Below are positions 61,122-64,000 of a DNA stretch of 64,000 nucleotides, one piece after another. Location: assembly GCA_023920165.1 (NCBI GenBank), contig CP089275.1:1240001-1304000 (forward strand), written 5' to 3'. A program made the translations under genes and the position numbers. The DNA is from Curvularia clavata (lineage: Eukaryota). Positions within the stretch are counted from its first letter, which is position 1. Each line of letters begins with the position of its first letter. The notes beneath the pieces are model-generated. The model had not been told where the DNA came from and searched no databases. It was given only the letters and a program-made list of their open reading frames with translations.

Positions 61122-63434
61122 TCAATAAAGTGGCTGGTACTCTGCGCCCGCCCACGTCTCCAACCGCGTCAACGCAGACAACATGTGGCGGGAGATCTGC
61201 CTCGAGATCCATGAGTCGCTCATGCCAATGGGTATCACGCCGAAGAGATGGCGTCCGTTGCCGTAAGCGCCGTACCGGCTCGCTACACTGTTGCCGTGTC
61301 CAACACTGACACCCACGCCGTTGGCGTAGCGCCATTCGTCGAGCTGCATGTACAAGTGTAGACAGAGGAGTGCGAGGAGGGTGGTTAGGATGGGAAGTAT
61401 CCAGTCGGTCGGACGGCTGGGCTTGGTGTTTGCGTCGGTGGCAAGCGCTGGAGGTGCTGGTTCAACTTCTTTTTCCACGGGCAGCTCGATAATAGTCTGT
61501 ACTCCTGTGCTAGCGGTCGGGTGCTTGGGCTCCACTTTGGCAACAATCTGTTCGATAGGTTCGACTTCGTGTGTCGTCTCGATGCACACAATTTCATTAC
61601 TCTGTGGCGGCCTTGGGCTTTCGGGCACTGTCTGGGTGCCCTTGGTGGTAGTCGTCATGATCTTCCGTTGATCCGCCTTGGGCTCGACAGGAGCGATCTC
61701 AACAGCAAAAGTGGCCGAAACCTCTGAATTGGCTGCTGGGGCGTCAATGATTTCGAATGGCTCAATCGGTGCTGTGCTGACAGTCGCGTAATCGAGCAAC
61801 TGGCTTGCAAGCGCAGGCGCGTCTGTTTGAGTAGGTGATTCGGTGGTGGCGGCCTCAACAGGAGTATGAGGAGTTGTGCTGATAGTCGCATGGTGGATGA
61901 ACTCGGTCGAGAGCACAGGGACATCCGTCTGGGTAGGCGAGCTCGAGGTTGAGATCTCGCGTACAATGGGTATCGTGCTGCCGGCTTCCCTCACACTCAC
62001 TGTCAATGTCGCGACATCAGGTACTCTTGGTACAATGTTGGCAATCTCGCGCTCGTTAACGGTGTTCTGTGGAGCCTGTGCGGGAGCTTTGGGCGCGAAG
62101 CTGGCAACCTCACGCTCGTTCAAGGTATTTTGCGGAGCTGGTGTAGGAGCTTTGGGGGCAAAGCTGGCAATCTCCTGCGCATGGATACTCGAGAGAGGGG
62201 CGCGAGCAGGTTCAATGGGTTCCGTGTTTGCCATCTCCTGCACCATCAGCGCATGTGTGGGCACAGTCGCAGCCACAGGCTCTGTGCTGGTGCTCTCACG
62301 AACAACTAACTCATGTGTAGGCACCGTCGCGGCAATAGGTTCAGTGCTTGCCATTTCGCGCACAGTCAACGCGTGCGTAGGGACAACCGCAGCAATAGGC
62401 TCGGTGCTGGTACTCTCATGAATAACCAACGCATGTGTAGGTACCGCCGCAGCAACCGGTTCAGTGCTGGTACTCTCGCTGACATTGATAGTGCAAGCCG
62501 TAACCGGCGCGGGTTCCTTAGGCTCGAGACTCCCAGCTTCACGCACATCAACGGTAAGCTGTGGCGCATGCGCAGCGACCGGCGAGATGCTGGCAGCCTC
62601 TTGAGTATGGAGGGACGAACGCGGTTGGACAGTCGGCGCAATGGGCGCATACGTGAGCGGTGTCTCCTCAATATGCGAATAGTCGTTCCACGGAATTTCG
62701 TAAAACTCATTATCCTCGATAGCCGAAAGCTCAGCCTCCAGCGAGTCGAAGCCAATAGCGCCAATATGCCGGTCATCGTCGACAGGCGAGGCAGCCTTAC
62801 TCCTAGCAATAGCATCGGCAGTGTGGTAATTGATCTGTCTCTCCTTCTGCACTTGCATCTCGAGATGACTGATGCGCTCGTCTTTGACCATAATGGTGCG
62901 CTCATGTTCCTGAATCTGTTCGCGCATTGCGGCAATGTCGTTTTCGAACTCGCCAGCGTGGTCGAGCATCTTTTGCGCGTCCTCCAGCTCCGCTTGCAGC
63001 ATCTCGATGCGCTCCTCCGACTCCTGCCATTGTTGCTTCAGGTCCTCGAGCTGGAGCTCGATGTCCCTCCTGTCGGCGAGAGCCTCATCGCGGTCGCTGA
63101 TTACAGAGCGGTGTGCGAAGCGCGCCTGGTCGAGATCGGCGTAGAGTGTTTGGACGCGCCCTTCAGCATCTTTGGTGGCTGCTCGTTCGTATTCGAGCTT
63201 GCTCGTCAGCTTCTCGATTTGCGCCTGCAGAGACGCATTCTTTTCCTCCTCTTTCTTCAACGCATCTGAGCTACCCCGGACCTCGTTGTTGGCGACGCGC
63301 AGCGAGTACTCGGCTTTTGACAACTCATCCCTCAGTAAATTAACATCTCGCCTCAAATCCTCCGACTCTCTTGTCAGGTCCACAATACGGTTGTAGTCCT
63401 CCTCCTCCTTACGTTGGTAGTCTTTTTCCTCCAT
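61122..63434 (-). CDS. Coiled-coil protein with about 20-aa tandem repeats and a C-terminal transmembrane helix
   Basis: 770-aa ORF: about 200 aa of E/K/L heptad coiled coil, a repeat region, then hydrophobic WILPILTTLLALLCLHLYM. True 5' end uncertain. Confidence 0.85.
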   Translation of the reverse strand: MEEKDYQRKEEEDYNRIVDLTRESEDLRRDVNLLRDELSKAEYSLRVANNEVRGSSDALKKEEEKNASLQAQIEKLTSKLEYERAATKDAEGRVQTLYADLDQARFAHRSVISDRDEALADRRDIELQLEDLKQQWQESEERIEMLQAELEDAQKMLDHAGEFENDIAAMREQIQEHERTIMVKDERISHLEMQVQKERQINYHTADAIARSKAASPVDDDRHIGAIGFDSLEAELSAIEDNEFYEIPWNDYSHIEETPLTYAPIAPTVQPRSSLHTQEAASISPVAAHAPQLTVDVREAGSLEPKEPAPVTACTINVSESTSTEPVAAAVPTHALVIHESTSTEPIAAVVPTHALTVREMASTEPIAATVPTHELVVRESTSTEPVAATVPTHALMVQEMANTEPIEPARAPLSSIHAQEIASFAPKAPTPAPQNTLNEREVASFAPKAPAQAPQNTVNEREIANIVPRVPDVATLTVSVREAGSTIPIVREISTSSSPTQTDVPVLSTEFIHHATISTTPHTPVEAATTESPTQTDAPALASQLLDYATVSTAPIEPFEIIDAPAANSEVSATFAVEIAPVEPKADQRKIMTTTTKGTQTVPESPRPPQSNEIVCIETTHEVEPIEQIVAKVEPKHPTASTGVQTIIELPVEKEVEPAPPALATDANTKPSRPTDWILPILTTLLALLCLHLYMQLDEWRYANGVGVSVGHGNSVASRYGAYGNGRHLFGVIPIGMSDSWISRQISRHMLSALTRLETWAGAEYQPLY
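61960..62620 (-). repeat. Coding tandem repeat, about 60-bp (20-aa) unit, about 10 degenerate copies
   Basis: Units PTHALVIHESTSTEPIAAVV / PTHALTVREMASTEPIAATV / PTHELVVRESTSTEPVAATV / PTHALMVQEMANTEPIEPAR; 60-nt periodicity visible at 62221-62520. Confidence 0.9.
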
Positions 63435-64000
63435 CACGGCGCAACTTGGGGGGTTTCCTCACCGCAATCGCAACCTCGAAGTCTTTATGCGGTGGCTAGC
63501 TTCTTTGTTGGCACTGTTCAACGCGCTAAGTCGCCGCGTCCGGCGCTAGCCCCAGCGCTAGGCTCCACACTGGGCGGGAAGACTTCCCTGCTCAAAGCGC
63601 ACGCGTGGTACCTTTCACTAGTGAGAACAGCTGATTGCAGAATTCAACAAGACATGCAGTAAATGCACTGACATACTATCGGAGTAGTAGTTAGTGTCTT
63701 TTAATTAAGCCGAACGCATCTATATGAAGGATGCCTTTGCGTCATGCACAGAAAAGCATAATTCTAGTTGAGGCAAGACGATGCGAATGAAGGAGACGTG
63801 GGCATTGCATGCATGCAGCACAAAATGCAAGGCATAGTTAATTACATTAGGCATTTCATTTATTGACTTGGTAGTCGGGCACCTTACTGTATTTTCTCTC
63901 CACGTCTCCGTACGCCTAGGTCTTCCAACCTAAATTCGTCTTTTCTTGCGCAAAGCTGATGTAAAGGCGGAACACGATATCCACGCCCATCCAGCCCTCT

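Noticed and set aside
61960..62620. 60-bp periodic repeats considered as a CRISPR-like array or mobile element
   Set aside because: They are in-frame coding repeats without unique spacers, in a eukaryotic gene.

Overview
Eukaryotic, intron-containing DNA from a filamentous ascomycete: short GT-AG introns with CTRAC branch points, Zn2Cys6 regulators and an RfeG homologue. Dothideomycete/Pleosporales affinity is my impression only. About 20 protein-coding genes can be reconstructed: a single-TM protein, a homeobox/C2H2 transcription factor, a hexose transporter, a divergent DUF2237-like protein, DOA1/UFD3, a BTB protein, a head-to-head PRA1/Aspf2 zincophore and ZRT1/ZrfC zinc transporter pair, a hot-dog-fold hydratase paired with a Zn2Cys6 factor, an Arg/Asp/Glu-rich protein, a quinate-permease-like MFS, a 2-hydroxyacid dehydrogenase, an NmrA-like reductase, a second Zn2Cys6 factor, a caleosin, DNA polymerase eta, a secreted protein of unknown function, RfeG, and a coiled-coil/repeat membrane protein. 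I recognised no transposon, tRNA or rRNA. The most striking observation is in the zinc locus. The zincophore's C-terminal C-x2-H-x5-C motif and two such motifs in the transporter's N-terminus each carry an intron at the identical position (residue 8, phase 2), suggesting one shared, exon-shuffled zinc-binding module. Other leads: six PacC sites in the shared promoter, stacked uORFs and CGCG boxes before pol eta, a tail-anchored protein with four TQT-like motifs, and a four-hairpin intergenic element. All family assignments come from motif recognition by eye, not database searches.
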